NCBI GenBank assembly: GCA_963713855.1
Contig: OY970209.1
Coordinates: 384,001 to 448,000, forward strand
DNA: 64,000 bases
From: an uncultured bacterium
GTDB taxonomy: Bacteria; Babelota; Babeliae; Babelales; Babelaceae
Direction of reading: 5' to 3'
Position numbers and translations under genes: made by a program. How positions within the stretch are numbered: the stretch's first letter is position 1; each line of letters starts with the position of its first letter. The notes beneath the pieces were generated by a model that was not told the DNA's origin, ran no database searches, and saw only the letters and a program-made list of their open reading frames with translations. This document shows positions 39,160 through 48,612 of the stretch, piece by piece.

Positions 39160-41367
39160 CTATCCAATAAGGGGGTGATTTTTTTGTTCATTTTCAAAAC
39201 ATTGTTGCGTGCTTAAAGCTGTCACATCTATCGCCTGTGTTAAAAGGCGTGGTGCATGTAATTCAAGGCCGAGTTGAATAATAAGATCTATAAATTCCAT
39301 TGGCCTTAGTCCCCATTCTGCAGCTTGATGAAATAAGCACGTTGCGGGTGTAAGTCCTGGAAGCGTGTTGAGTTCCAAAACGATGACACGGTCAGTTTTT
39401 GTGGGGCTCATAGCGGCCGATTGATAAAAGCAATCGATTCGCGCGTATCCGGCGCAACCTGTCACTTTATAGGTATCTTCTATTGTTTTTAATACTAGCG
39501 TTGTTGCAGTTGCCGGTATCGGTGCCGGTGTTTGGTTTTCCCCTGCACCTGGCAAAAACTTTTCTTCTATAGACAAAACACCAGCTTGCGCAACTGTCAT
39601 GCTCGGTGGTAATGCTCGGCAGATACTATTACCCACAACTCCGACACTCAGCTCCAAACCTTCAATGCACTCTTCTATTAGTACCGCATTTTTGCCCGCA
39701 CCAAACACTTCATTAATCGCTTTTTTAAGCGCTGAAGCATTGGTAACTTTTGCGACCATAACGCTGCACCCGTCATCATGCGGTTTTACAATAAGGGGGA
39801 AGGGCGGCAAGCCGTGCTTTTCGGGATCATTATGCCACTCTTTCGCTTCAATAAGTACACCCGCTGGTACAGGTATACCGTGCTCTTTTAAAACTTGTTT
39901 TGTTTTCCATTTATCCATACAAAGAGCGCTTGCAAGAACGCCTGAGCCGTTATAAGGTATGCCGAGCGTTTCCAGTAATCCTTGTATAGAGCCGTTTTCG
40001 CCATGTCCTCCGTGCAACGCTACGAATGCAAAATCGATAAGATTCGGTAAGTCTTGCCAAGAGATTTTCATTGAAGAGGTAAGCTCAGCTTCTATCTCAG
40101 CAGTTGTGTTACGCACCAGCAGTCGTTGGTCGATGCAAAACAATTCTAAGTTTGAGCTTAAGAATAGCGGGATAGCCGCATATTTTTGTGGAGAAAGCTT
40201 ATAAATCACATTCCGCCCGGAGGCAAGAGAAATTTCTTTTTCGTTTGATTGGCCGCCTAAAAGAATACCAACGCGCATTTTTTTTGCGTCTGTAATTTTA
40301 GTGTCGTGTTTTAGGTTTTCTGCATTTTTAAGCATAGTGTACGTATGTAATTCGGTGGCTATAAGGTGGTTGATAAATTGGGTATGGCTCATATTTATCT
40401 CGGCCGCTTGCAGGAATGCAAGACTTGCTGGATCCATGCCAGAAAAAGTATTTGGGTCAATAATAACGACCCGATTATCATGTGTCAAAATACCATCAAT
40501 GCGTCCCAAGTTGTGTATACTCAAGGCTGACATAACGCGAAGGCATGTGTCTTTAATACGCTGCTCGGCTTCTTTTGTGCATCGTGCCGGTGTACGTTTT
40601 AAAGTTTTACCAGGCATGTATTTCTGCTCGTAATCAAAAAAGTCAGATCCCTCATTCAGGACTATCTCAGTTGGAGGAAGCGGTAAAAGAGTTTTTTTAG
40701 CGTAATCGGTAATGACAATGCACGAAAATTCCATGCCGCGTACATATTCTTCTATAAGCACTTTTTGCTGTATTCCCGGTGTGATAGTTCGTGCTTTTAT
40801 GATAGCACTTTGTAGTTCATGTTCGTTTTTTACCACGGTTATACCTAAGCTCGATCCCTCATGGCAAGGCTTTACGATGCAGGGAAATCCAAAAGGTGGC
40901 GTAGAAATGTTTTTATCATAAGGCTCGACGATAACTGCGTTTGGAACATCGATGTTTGCAGATTTTAAAAAAGTCCGCTGCATCACTTTGTCCATGCTTA
41001 GAGCGCTTGAAAATACTTTGGATCCGAAATAGGGGATGCCAAGAATTTCAAGAAAGCCTTGTATCGATCCATCCTCCGCGTACCTTCCATGCTGAGCTAT
41101 ATACATAAAATCAATGATCTGCTTAAGTGCATCCCATGCAACCGGCTCGGCTTCAGCTTCGAGCCGATGTTCAAAGTCACTTGTTTTACCGCGGTGCAAA
41201 AAATGGATTGGCATTTTATAGAGAGTGCCCGTTTTTGTTTGAAAAAGGGGAACAACGCGATAGCACGAGGTATCAAGATGATCGCACACCGTTCTTCCAG
41301 AATTCAATGAGACTTCGCGTTCTTGAGATTTACCACCCATAAGAACGCCAATGCGTAGACTGTGCAT
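39160..41367 (-). CDS. ddl: Tandem double-domain D-alanine--D-alanine ligase
   Basis: Two complete GGxSxE(R/K)E(V/I)SLxSG ... HG..xE(D/N)GSIQG.LE.LGIPY.GS ... MDK ATP-grasp modules. Confidence 0.88.
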   Translation of the reverse strand: MHSLRIGVLMGGKSQEREVSLNSGRTVCDHLDTSCYRVVPLFQTKTGTLYKMPIHFLHRGKTSDFEHRLEAEAEPVAWDALKQIIDFMYIAQHGRYAEDGSIQGFLEILGIPYFGSKVFSSALSMDKVMQRTFLKSANIDVPNAVIVEPYDKNISTPPFGFPCIVKPCHEGSSLGITVVKNEHELQSAIIKARTITPGIQQKVLIEEYVRGMEFSCIVITDYAKKTLLPLPPTEIVLNEGSDFFDYEQKYMPGKTLKRTPARCTKEAEQRIKDTCLRVMSALSIHNLGRIDGILTHDNRVVIIDPNTFSGMDPASLAFLQAAEINMSHTQFINHLIATELHTYTMLKNAENLKHDTKITDAKKMRVGILLGGQSNEKEISLASGRNVIYKLSPQKYAAIPLFLSSNLELFCIDQRLLVRNTTAEIEAELTSSMKISWQDLPNLIDFAFVALHGGHGENGSIQGLLETLGIPYNGSGVLASALCMDKWKTKQVLKEHGIPVPAGVLIEAKEWHNDPEKHGLPPFPLIVKPHDDGCSVMVAKVTNASALKKAINEVFGAGKNAVLIEECIEGLELSVGVVGNSICRALPPSMTVAQAGVLSIEEKFLPGAGENQTPAPIPATATTLVLKTIEDTYKVTGCAGYARIDCFYQSAAMSPTKTDRVIVLELNTLPGLTPATCLFHQAAEWGLRPMEFIDLIIQLGLELHAPRLLTQAIDVTALSTQQCFENEQKNHPLIG

Positions 41368-41503
41368 GCTTATTTTTTCTTCCATGAAAGATATACTCAA
41401 AAAGTGTATCATCAACATATGTAGTGTCACAAGAAAAAACTTGTGAGTATTTGCTTCCACTTGTTACTCTATAAATCGATAAAGAACATAAGGATTTTTT
41501 GTA

Positions 41504-42088
41504 ATGCTTCCCGACACTCTTTTTTGGATAGATTTGGAAATGACAGGGTTAGATCCTGATCGCGACACTATTATCGAAATTGCAAGTGTGGTAACGCAAA
41601 GTACTCTCGAATTTATCGCGCAAGGGCCTTCCTTTGTGATTCATCAACCTGACTCCATTCTTGATGCCATGGATGACTGGAATAAAAATCAGCACAGAAA
41701 ATCAGGCCTATGGTCCCAAGTACAAGCGTCCACCGTGACGTTACCTCAGGCATACGAGGCCACCTTAGCTTTTGCGACTCAGTACTGTAGACCTCGTATT
41801 ACGCCAGTATGCGGAAACTCCGTATACCAAGATCGTGCATTTTTAAGAAGACTCATGCCAGAGCTTGATCGCTATTTCCATTACCGGATCATCGATGTCA
41901 CCACGGTTAAAGAACTCGTACGTCGCTGGTATCCAAAAGATAAGTGTGTTTACTTTGAAAAAAGCACCGACCACAGAGCACTTTCAGATGTATATGCTTC
42001 AATAGAAGAACTAAAGCACTACCGTAAGCACTTTTTCAGAACTGTCGCTGAGCTAGAAGGCTTGCAAGAAGCCCAACCCACGTTTTAA
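41504..42088 (+). CDS. orn: Oligoribonuclease
   Basis: WIDLEMTGL, CGNSVYQDR, FHYRIIDV, HRALSD. Confidence 0.95.
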   Translation: MLPDTLFWIDLEMTGLDPDRDTIIEIASVVTQSTLEFIAQGPSFVIHQPDSILDAMDDWNKNQHRKSGLWSQVQASTVTLPQAYEATLAFATQYCRPRITPVCGNSVYQDRAFLRRLMPELDRYFHYRIIDVTTVKELVRRWYPKDKCVYFEKSTDHRALSDVYASIEELKHYRKHFFRTVAELEGLQEAQPTF

Positions 42089-42488
42089 CTGAAGCGAATG
42101 TGTTAAACTCTTCGCGCAATACCGTCTCAATTAAAAACCACTCAATTTTGCTTGACTCAGTCATATTCCAAACAAGGTTTGCTTTTTCGTCAGCAATCCC
42201 CGCATAGATAATGTCTATATGTTCTTTTTGGCCTTCTTTTATAACGTTACGCTGTATGCCAAAAGGCCTAACCATTCCACCGCTTACAGGAGCTTTTTCG
42301 CCAATAAGAGTAACTGTTAAGCCAGTTTCTTCTAAGCACTCGCGCAAGGCGGCATCTTCGGGGGTTTCATTGGCATCTATTTTGCCACCTGGTGGTAACC
42401 ATTTGCGGAGCTTCTTGTGATCAATACACACTGTTTTTGTAAAATCTTCGTTAAAAACGTAGACCGTAACGCAAAGCAGTCTTTCCAT
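42036..42488 (-). CDS. NUDIX hydrolase
   Basis: Nudix box GGKIDANETPEDAALRECLEETG. Confidence 0.9.
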   Translation of the reverse strand: MERLLCVTVYVFNEDFTKTVCIDHKKLRKWLPPGGKIDANETPEDAALRECLEETGLTVTLIGEKAPVSGGMVRPFGIQRNVIKEGQKEHIDIIYAGIADEKANLVWNMTESSKIEWFLIETVLREEFNTFASVKTWVGLLASLLAQRQF

Positions 42489-42490
42489 GC

Positions 42491-43639
42491 TTATTCAAAA
42501 AGTAGAGTTTGAGCGGTAATTTCAAAGTAAGCATTTGCGTTTGACGGCACTGTAGCGTTTTCAGTAACTTGAGGTATAAGTGGCATTTGTTGTTCTTGCT
42601 GCCCTGGCCAAGTGCTCATTATCTCATTTTGCAGTTTTTCAAGTCTTAAAAGCAATTCTTTTACGTCAATGCCGTGTTTTTTAGCATAAGCTTTTACGAT
42701 TTGCTTTTTAATCTTTTTCCACCCATATTTTACAAGATCTCTAAAGCGCTCATGATCTCTATGCAAGATGTCAGTAATGCTGTGACGATTAGGAAGCTCG
42801 TGATCGTGATAATAAACTCTACCCTGATTATCGACGCTTACGGCGTTGCCCATAGTCCAATATCCGGTGTAAGCGGTAAGACGTACCAGAGAAGTAAGAA
42901 TTTCTTCATCCAATGCTAGGGGCGACTCTGAAAGAGGCGTTAATGGTCCGAGATAAAGCTCTACTACAACGTAGTTTGTATCTTCAACTTCGAGCGGTCG
43001 ACCCGGTATATGTACTAAATGGGTTTCTGGTATATGAATGTTTGTTATACCGAAAGTGCGTAATGCTTCTCGGGCGCGTAGATAGATCATAGCCCGGCTT
43101 ATGTTCTGGTACACTCTGCCATACAAAGGCTCTGCGTTAAATCGCTGCCATTCTTCTTGGGTTAAGATGCGCCCATAAGGGGTGTTGCTTTTTGTCCAGT
43201 GACCCGCATCCATAGATGCTAAGGTGTCAACGACATTTTGACGAGAAATAGCTACTTTCGATCGTTTTATAACCCATGCATTATCAACGTTGATGATATA
43301 AGAATGTCGATTTTCAATAAGAGGTACGTTGTTATCGACGAGTTCTTTGTCGATACCGGCAGCAAGCGCTTTTCGTTCTTCTGCTGAACCCGTAAAGAAG
43401 ATCTCTAGATGATCTGCTCCAGAAAGTATATGACCGATACCGTATCTTTCGATGAAGCCTTCTATCTGGCCTCTTACGTCGGGATCAAGCAAAGCCTCTT
43501 TTTCAAGTAGTTCAAGAAGATTTGAAGATGTGATTTCCTCACCGTTATACGTGCCGTACGATTCTTCCTTGGGTTGATGCATCCCATAAGCTGTTGAACA
43601 TGCTATTAAAATGAAGGTTGCTATATATCTATAGTTCAT
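42491..43639 (-). CDS. Exported orphan protein, possible kinase-like fold (paralog B)
   Basis: Signal peptide MNYRYIATFILIACSTAYG; strong similarity to 43629..44816. Confidence 0.7.
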   Translation of the reverse strand: MNYRYIATFILIACSTAYGMHQPKEESYGTYNGEEITSSNLLELLEKEALLDPDVRGQIEGFIERYGIGHILSGADHLEIFFTGSAEERKALAAGIDKELVDNNVPLIENRHSYIINVDNAWVIKRSKVAISRQNVVDTLASMDAGHWTKSNTPYGRILTQEEWQRFNAEPLYGRVYQNISRAMIYLRAREALRTFGITNIHIPETHLVHIPGRPLEVEDTNYVVVELYLGPLTPLSESPLALDEEILTSLVRLTAYTGYWTMGNAVSVDNQGRVYYHDHELPNRHSITDILHRDHERFRDLVKYGWKKIKKQIVKAYAKKHGIDVKELLLRLEKLQNEIMSTWPGQQEQQMPLIPQVTENATVPSNANAYFEITAQTLLFE

Positions 43640-44816
43640 TACGTTCCTTAATGAGTTTTTGACTCTCAAGCTCGACGCCAGAAAGATCAGGTGTATGAGC
43701 AACATTTTCTTGTGTCGTAACATTTGTTGTATGCTCTTCTTGACTGGAAGCTTGACGCACCAGGCTATCCATTATCTCTTCCTCTAGAAGATGCAAATTA
43801 TCAAGAAGCTTCGTTCCATCCACCGTGTAACTTAAACCACAACTATTAATTGCTTTAACATAGATGTTAATAACTTGTTCTTCGAGTTGGAGCCACCCAT
43901 ATTTAACAAGGTTTCTAAAACGAACGTGATCTCTATGCAAGATATCGGTAATGCTGTGACGATTAGGAAGCTCGTGGTCATGATAATATACGCGTCCCAA
44001 GTTATCGACGCTTACAGCATCTCCCATTGTCCACCAGCCTGTGTAAGCGGTAAGGCGTACGAGTGAAGTGTGGACTTCTTCATCTATCGCAATCGCTGGA
44101 AAAAGAGCTAACGGCGTTAATTCTCCAACGTGGCGTTCAACAACAACGTAATTTCTATCCTCGACCTCATAAGGTCTTCCTGGAATATGTACCAGATGAG
44201 TTTCAGGTATGTGAATGTTCGAGATTCCTAGCTTTAGTAGTCCTTCGCGTGCTCTCAAATAAACCATCGCCCGACTAACATTTTGATAGATCCTGCCGTT
44301 AAAAGGTTCGGCGTTAAAACGTGACCATTCCTCTCGACTTAAGAGACGCAAATATTCGCCTGGGTCTTGGGTAAAGCTTGGCTGACCAATTGTTGCAAAT
44401 GTATCACAAACGTTTTGGCGACCAAGATGTACTTTTGAACGTTTTATTAACCATTTATTATCAACGTTAATGATAAAGGAATTGGGAGCCGCGATAAGTG
44501 GAATCTTTTTGTCTTTTAATTCGCTCTCTATATCATCTGCAAGTTTTGTGCGTTCTTCTTCAGTACCCGTGAAAAATAGTTCTTGGTGGTCTGCTCCGGA
44601 TAAGATATGTGCTATGCCAGATGTTTCAATAAATTCTTCTAAGCTCTTTCTTACTTGAGGATCAAGCGGTGCTTCTTTTTCAAGAAGTTCTAAAAGATTA
44701 AAGGGCGTAATTTCTTCATCTTGATAGGTACCATAAGAAACTTTTTTAGGTTGCTGCATACCCTGCGCTACTGTGAATGTTGCTAAAACAATTGCAGCTG
44801 CGTATCTGTAGTTCAT
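43629..44816 (-). CDS. Exported orphan protein, possible kinase-like fold (paralog A)
   Basis: Signal peptide MNYRYAAAIVLATFTVAQG; shared IHIPETHLVHIPGRP and GRVYYHDHELPNRHSITDILHRDH. Confidence 0.7.
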   Translation of the reverse strand: MNYRYAAAIVLATFTVAQGMQQPKKVSYGTYQDEEITPFNLLELLEKEAPLDPQVRKSLEEFIETSGIAHILSGADHQELFFTGTEEERTKLADDIESELKDKKIPLIAAPNSFIINVDNKWLIKRSKVHLGRQNVCDTFATIGQPSFTQDPGEYLRLLSREEWSRFNAEPFNGRIYQNVSRAMVYLRAREGLLKLGISNIHIPETHLVHIPGRPYEVEDRNYVVVERHVGELTPLALFPAIAIDEEVHTSLVRLTAYTGWWTMGDAVSVDNLGRVYYHDHELPNRHSITDILHRDHVRFRNLVKYGWLQLEEQVINIYVKAINSCGLSYTVDGTKLLDNLHLLEEEIMDSLVRQASSQEEHTTNVTTQENVAHTPDLSGVELESQKLIKERNEL

Positions 44817-44870
44817 TAGTTTCCTCTATTAACATCATATGAGAACAGTATATCACAGCTTTTACGGCGG

Positions 44871-46844
44871 TTACATACTCAAGGGGTTTGGAGTAAAAAA
44901 GTGACTGCTTTCAAATGCGTGACTTTGCAGTTCCCTATAAAGCCTTATAATCTCATTGATGTTTGCGCCTTTCAGGTACAACTTCCGAATATGCACATTC
45001 TGTATCTTATGTACTGGTGGTTGCGAGGGCCCCAGTAACTGAAGTGTACTTTTTTGAGCGTCAATGAAAGCTAGAAGCAATGTAGCTGCTCTATCCGCTT
45101 CTGCGTCAACGATTGTTTCGTTTCGGTGACGCATTTCGATCTCTGCAAATCGAGTGAGTGGGGGATAAGATACTTGGGCTCTTTGTGCAGTTTCGTAGGT
45201 ATAAAAATCTAAGTACTTTGTTTCGGTCAAATATGACCAGAGCGGATGGTCAAGCATGGTTTGTGCTATGACGAGGCTTTCAGGGTGGTATCTGCCCGCT
45301 CTACCTGCAACCTGAATAAGCTGCTGTAACGTAATTTCTGCTGCGTTATACGACGGCATACCTAAATGCATATCCGCCCAAATAATGCCCACAAGCGTAA
45401 CATTTGGAAAGTGGTATCCTTTGGTAATTGTTTGAGTTCCCACCAGTATATCGAGCTTTTGGCTTTCAAAGTCCTCCATCGTCTTTTGCCACATGCGTCG
45501 ATTAACCGTTGTATCTAAATCTGCTCGGGCAATGCGAGCTTTTGGAAACAGTTTTTGCAGAATGCTTACTATTTGCTGAGTACCGATGCCTTTTTTGATA
45601 AACTCTTTCTTTGCACAGGAGGTACAAGAAGAAGGAGTCTCTTTCTGCAACGTGCAGTAATGGCAGCGAAGTATATTTCCTTCGTGGAGGGTCAGAGAAA
45701 CCGAACATGAAGAGCAGCTTATTATAAAGCCGCACGACCCACACTGAATGAAAAAGCTGTATCCCCTTCTATTTATAAAAATGAGCGACTGTTCACCCTT
45801 TTTAAGTCTTTCGCCAAGTGCAGCCTCAAGCTCTTTACTGATCCAAAAAGATGTTCTTTTGACTATGTTTTTAAGCTTTACAATCTTAAGTTGTGGAAAC
45901 GCACCCTCAAAACGGTTATGAAGCGTTAATAACTTCCAGTTTTTTGTATGTGTGTTATAGAGCGAGCTGATTGATGGTGTTGCCGATCCAAGAAGAATAG
46001 GTATTTTATGGGCTGCAGCTCTCATAAGAGCAGCTTCTTTACTGTTTATTTTAGGGTGCTTTTTTTCTTGATAACCCTGCTCATGTTCTTCATCAACAAT
46101 AATAAGGCCGAGATCGGGCAGTGGAAGCAGTATCGGTAAATGAACACCAATTACAAGCGCACGCTGGTTGTTTTTGATAGCTTTCCACAGCTGCTTTTTT
46201 TCAGAAGCGCTTGTTGCTGAATGAAATCCAAAAATAGGCACTCTGTTGCCAAAATATTTCTTGAGCATCGTACTAAATTGAACAGCTAATGAGACTTCTG
46301 GAAGCATCAAAATCACCGATTTTGATAAAGCATGTGCGTGCTCAATGAGTGTTTGATAAATGATTGTTTTGCCCGAGCCTGTAACCCCATGAAGTAAAAA
46401 TGTCCCATGTTGAGAGTTTGTGATTGTGGGCAAGATTGAATCTACGACTCTTTGTTGTTCAGCCGTAAGAACAGGGCGAACAAGTAGCCCGTCGGAGCCA
46501 TTACCCATAACAGTGGGATCTTTCTGTTCCTTTTGTTGCAAAAAGCTTGAAAGCCTTTGATAAAGTACCCGAGGGTCAAGTACGTAGTAGCTGCTTAGAT
46601 TTTTTAAAAACGACTGGTACCGATCTTCGTTAAGACCGCTCTCATAACCATGAAGCTCTTTAATAGCGTACGACGGTGTTACCAAAAGCTCTTTACATTT
46701 GGTTTCTATAATGGCTAGCTCGAGCCTATTTTGCAAAGGAACCGTTACAATCATTCCTGCTTTAGGCTCCAAAGGCGAATCTAAGGGAATTTTATAAGTA
46801 AGCCTTCCTTGCCAGCCGTTAAGAAGCCTAACCGTAATATACAT
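44871..46844 (-). CDS. priA: Primosomal protein N'
   Basis: LHGVTGSGKT, DEEHE, NRRGY, paired CxxC zinc motifs, QVAGRAGR. Confidence 0.95.
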   Translation of the reverse strand: MYITVRLLNGWQGRLTYKIPLDSPLEPKAGMIVTVPLQNRLELAIIETKCKELLVTPSYAIKELHGYESGLNEDRYQSFLKNLSSYYVLDPRVLYQRLSSFLQQKEQKDPTVMGNGSDGLLVRPVLTAEQQRVVDSILPTITNSQHGTFLLHGVTGSGKTIIYQTLIEHAHALSKSVILMLPEVSLAVQFSTMLKKYFGNRVPIFGFHSATSASEKKQLWKAIKNNQRALVIGVHLPILLPLPDLGLIIVDEEHEQGYQEKKHPKINSKEAALMRAAAHKIPILLGSATPSISSLYNTHTKNWKLLTLHNRFEGAFPQLKIVKLKNIVKRTSFWISKELEAALGERLKKGEQSLIFINRRGYSFFIQCGSCGFIISCSSCSVSLTLHEGNILRCHYCTLQKETPSSCTSCAKKEFIKKGIGTQQIVSILQKLFPKARIARADLDTTVNRRMWQKTMEDFESQKLDILVGTQTITKGYHFPNVTLVGIIWADMHLGMPSYNAAEITLQQLIQVAGRAGRYHPESLVIAQTMLDHPLWSYLTETKYLDFYTYETAQRAQVSYPPLTRFAEIEMRHRNETIVDAEADRAATLLLAFIDAQKSTLQLLGPSQPPVHKIQNVHIRKLYLKGANINEIIRLYRELQSHAFESSHFFTPNPLSM

Positions 46845-46956
46845 AACGTACTTTCTAAAACTGATACTTAAAAAGGTACAGAGTACCTCCAATAAAAGCA
46901 AATACTTGACTATCAAGCACTTTTTTCTTTAGGTACTAGTCCTTAGATAGTGAGTG

Positions 46957-47294
46957 AAAGAGAAATAGGCGCCTACGCGGCGAGCGGCAGGACCCTCCAC
47001 TAATCGCCCTCTGCGAGGGCTGTTGCGGACCAATCATGCCTTACTTGGCATGGTATGGTTCCTGCACCTGTTGCTTGTTTTGCATGTTACATACTTATTG
47101 TGTATGAGATAGACCGGAAAATCCGGTCTATCTCATTAGCACATATACCAGAAAGGGAACCCCTTTCTGGTATATTAAATAACCATAAAAAGTTTAAGAA
47201 GGGTGTGGGTCAATGGGTCATAAAGCCTGGGTCAAGGGCACGCCCTTGCGCTCGCCGCGTAGGCGTATTCTTCTCCCATTTTTATGTAGCACAG
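46957..47294 (+). repeat. Structured palindromic repeat, copy 3 (core 46971-47264)
   Basis: Same core as copy 1 plus an insertion of about 60 bp; outer flanks swapped and reverse-complemented. Confidence 0.95.
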
Positions 47295-47300
47295 AAAAAA

Positions 47301-47828
47301 TTAGGTCAGCGGTTTTTCTATAAAATCTAGGGCCGCCTTAGCAGCTTGATCAATGAGCACTTTAACCTCGTCCGGTGACTGGTTAAATTGTTCAAGGACG
47401 AAAATAGAAACGTTTTCAGGTTTTTCAGGTCTTCCAGTACCCACGCGTAAACGTACAAAGTCGCTTCCAGCAAAGGTAACGATAGACTTAAGTCCGTTAT
47501 GCCCTCGTGCGCTTCCACCGTGTTTTACCGCGACTTTTCCAAACGGTAACTCAAGCTCGTCATGCACCACAAGCATCTCTTCAGGCTTTATCCCCTGTTT
47601 TGTTAAAAAAGGAATGACTTGGCCCGACGCGTTCATGAATGTTTGGGGCTTTACAAGAAGAAGAGAATGCCCAGCGTGAGAAGTTTGCGCTATTTCCATA
47701 GTTTCGCGCTGTCGCCACGTAGCACCAAGTTGTTGTGCAATCGCATCTAGCACACGAAACCCAATACTGTGTCGGGTGACGTAATATTTCGTGCCTGGGT
47801 TTCCTAGACCAATAATTACTTTAATCAT
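47301..47828 (-). CDS. pth: Peptidyl-tRNA hydrolase
   Basis: IIGLGNPG, KPQTFMNASG, VVHDEL, GHNGLKSI. Confidence 0.95.
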   Translation of the reverse strand: MIKVIIGLGNPGTKYYVTRHSIGFRVLDAIAQQLGATWRQRETMEIAQTSHAGHSLLLVKPQTFMNASGQVIPFLTKQGIKPEEMLVVHDELELPFGKVAVKHGGSARGHNGLKSIVTFAGSDFVRLRVGTGRPEKPENVSIFVLEQFNQSPDEVKVLIDQAAKAALDFIEKPLT

Positions 47829-47888
47829 GCATTCATCTCTAAGTATCAGCAAGTGGGGGGCTCTAAAATCCCCCCATCTTTGTGATCT

Positions 47889-48548
47889 TTAGGACTTTGC
47901 GGCTGGTTTTTCAAGTCCTGACGGTAATGCGGGAAGAGGAGACTTTTTTTCCGCTTTCTTTTTAGCTTCATATTCTCTATTGAGTAAATCAATAACGTCC
48001 TGAGTGATATTAGCCTTAGGATCAACGTCAAGCGCTATATCTGCTGGAAGGACCGCTCCGAGCTTTTTTTGAACTCTGAGATCTTTAGAAGCCTTTTTAA
48101 TATTTTCGTGCATGTCCATCTGGAGTTTTTGAACAGCGCGAGAATAGTATTTTTGAAGGTTCTTAATTTCGCTTGTAATTTCAGCCTCTTTAACAGCAAG
48201 AGCTTGTGTTTTGCTGTCGCGTGATTCTTCCGTAGTCCACTTACTGTTTGAAGGGTTATCTAATTCAGCCTTAGCTTTTTGGTATTCCTTTTGTTCAGCC
48301 TCAATTTTTGCATTTTTGGCCTCTAGTTCTGTTTGCAGTGCCTTGGCTTCATCGCGCCATTCATGCACTTCAGCTTCGGTCACATTTGGTGTCATTATTC
48401 TTGCTATTTCGACAAAAGCAACAGGCAAGTTGGAGGCCAAGACCGACGCGGGTACCGATGGCGCAGGAACTAGCTCTGAGCCTTTTTGAGCAAAGCTTCC
48501 GGTAGCTATTGATAGAAGAGCGATGGTCAATGTGTATCTAGAATTCAT
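47889..48548 (-). CDS. Skp/OmpH-like periplasmic chaperone
   Basis: Signal peptide; VAFVEIARI strand; long coiled coil; NITQDVIDLLN end. Confidence 0.65.
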   Translation of the reverse strand: MNSRYTLTIALLSIATGSFAQKGSELVPAPSVPASVLASNLPVAFVEIARIMTPNVTEAEVHEWRDEAKALQTELEAKNAKIEAEQKEYQKAKAELDNPSNSKWTTEESRDSKTQALAVKEAEITSEIKNLQKYYSRAVQKLQMDMHENIKKASKDLRVQKKLGAVLPADIALDVDPKANITQDVIDLLNREYEAKKKAEKKSPLPALPSGLEKPAAKS

Positions 48549-48612
48549 ATAATTATTCCTCGTACAGGGATTAATAACCTATAGGCTTTACCTATTCTCT
48601 TACAAAGTATCG

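Noticed and set aside
43629..43643. C-terminal RNEL as ER-retention signal
   Set aside because: These codons overlap the start of the next gene and the paralog lacks the motif
47055..47330. 91-aa ORF inside repeat copy 3 (and 60-aa ORF at 34255)
   Set aside because: Not preserved across copies; by-product of the repeat sequence
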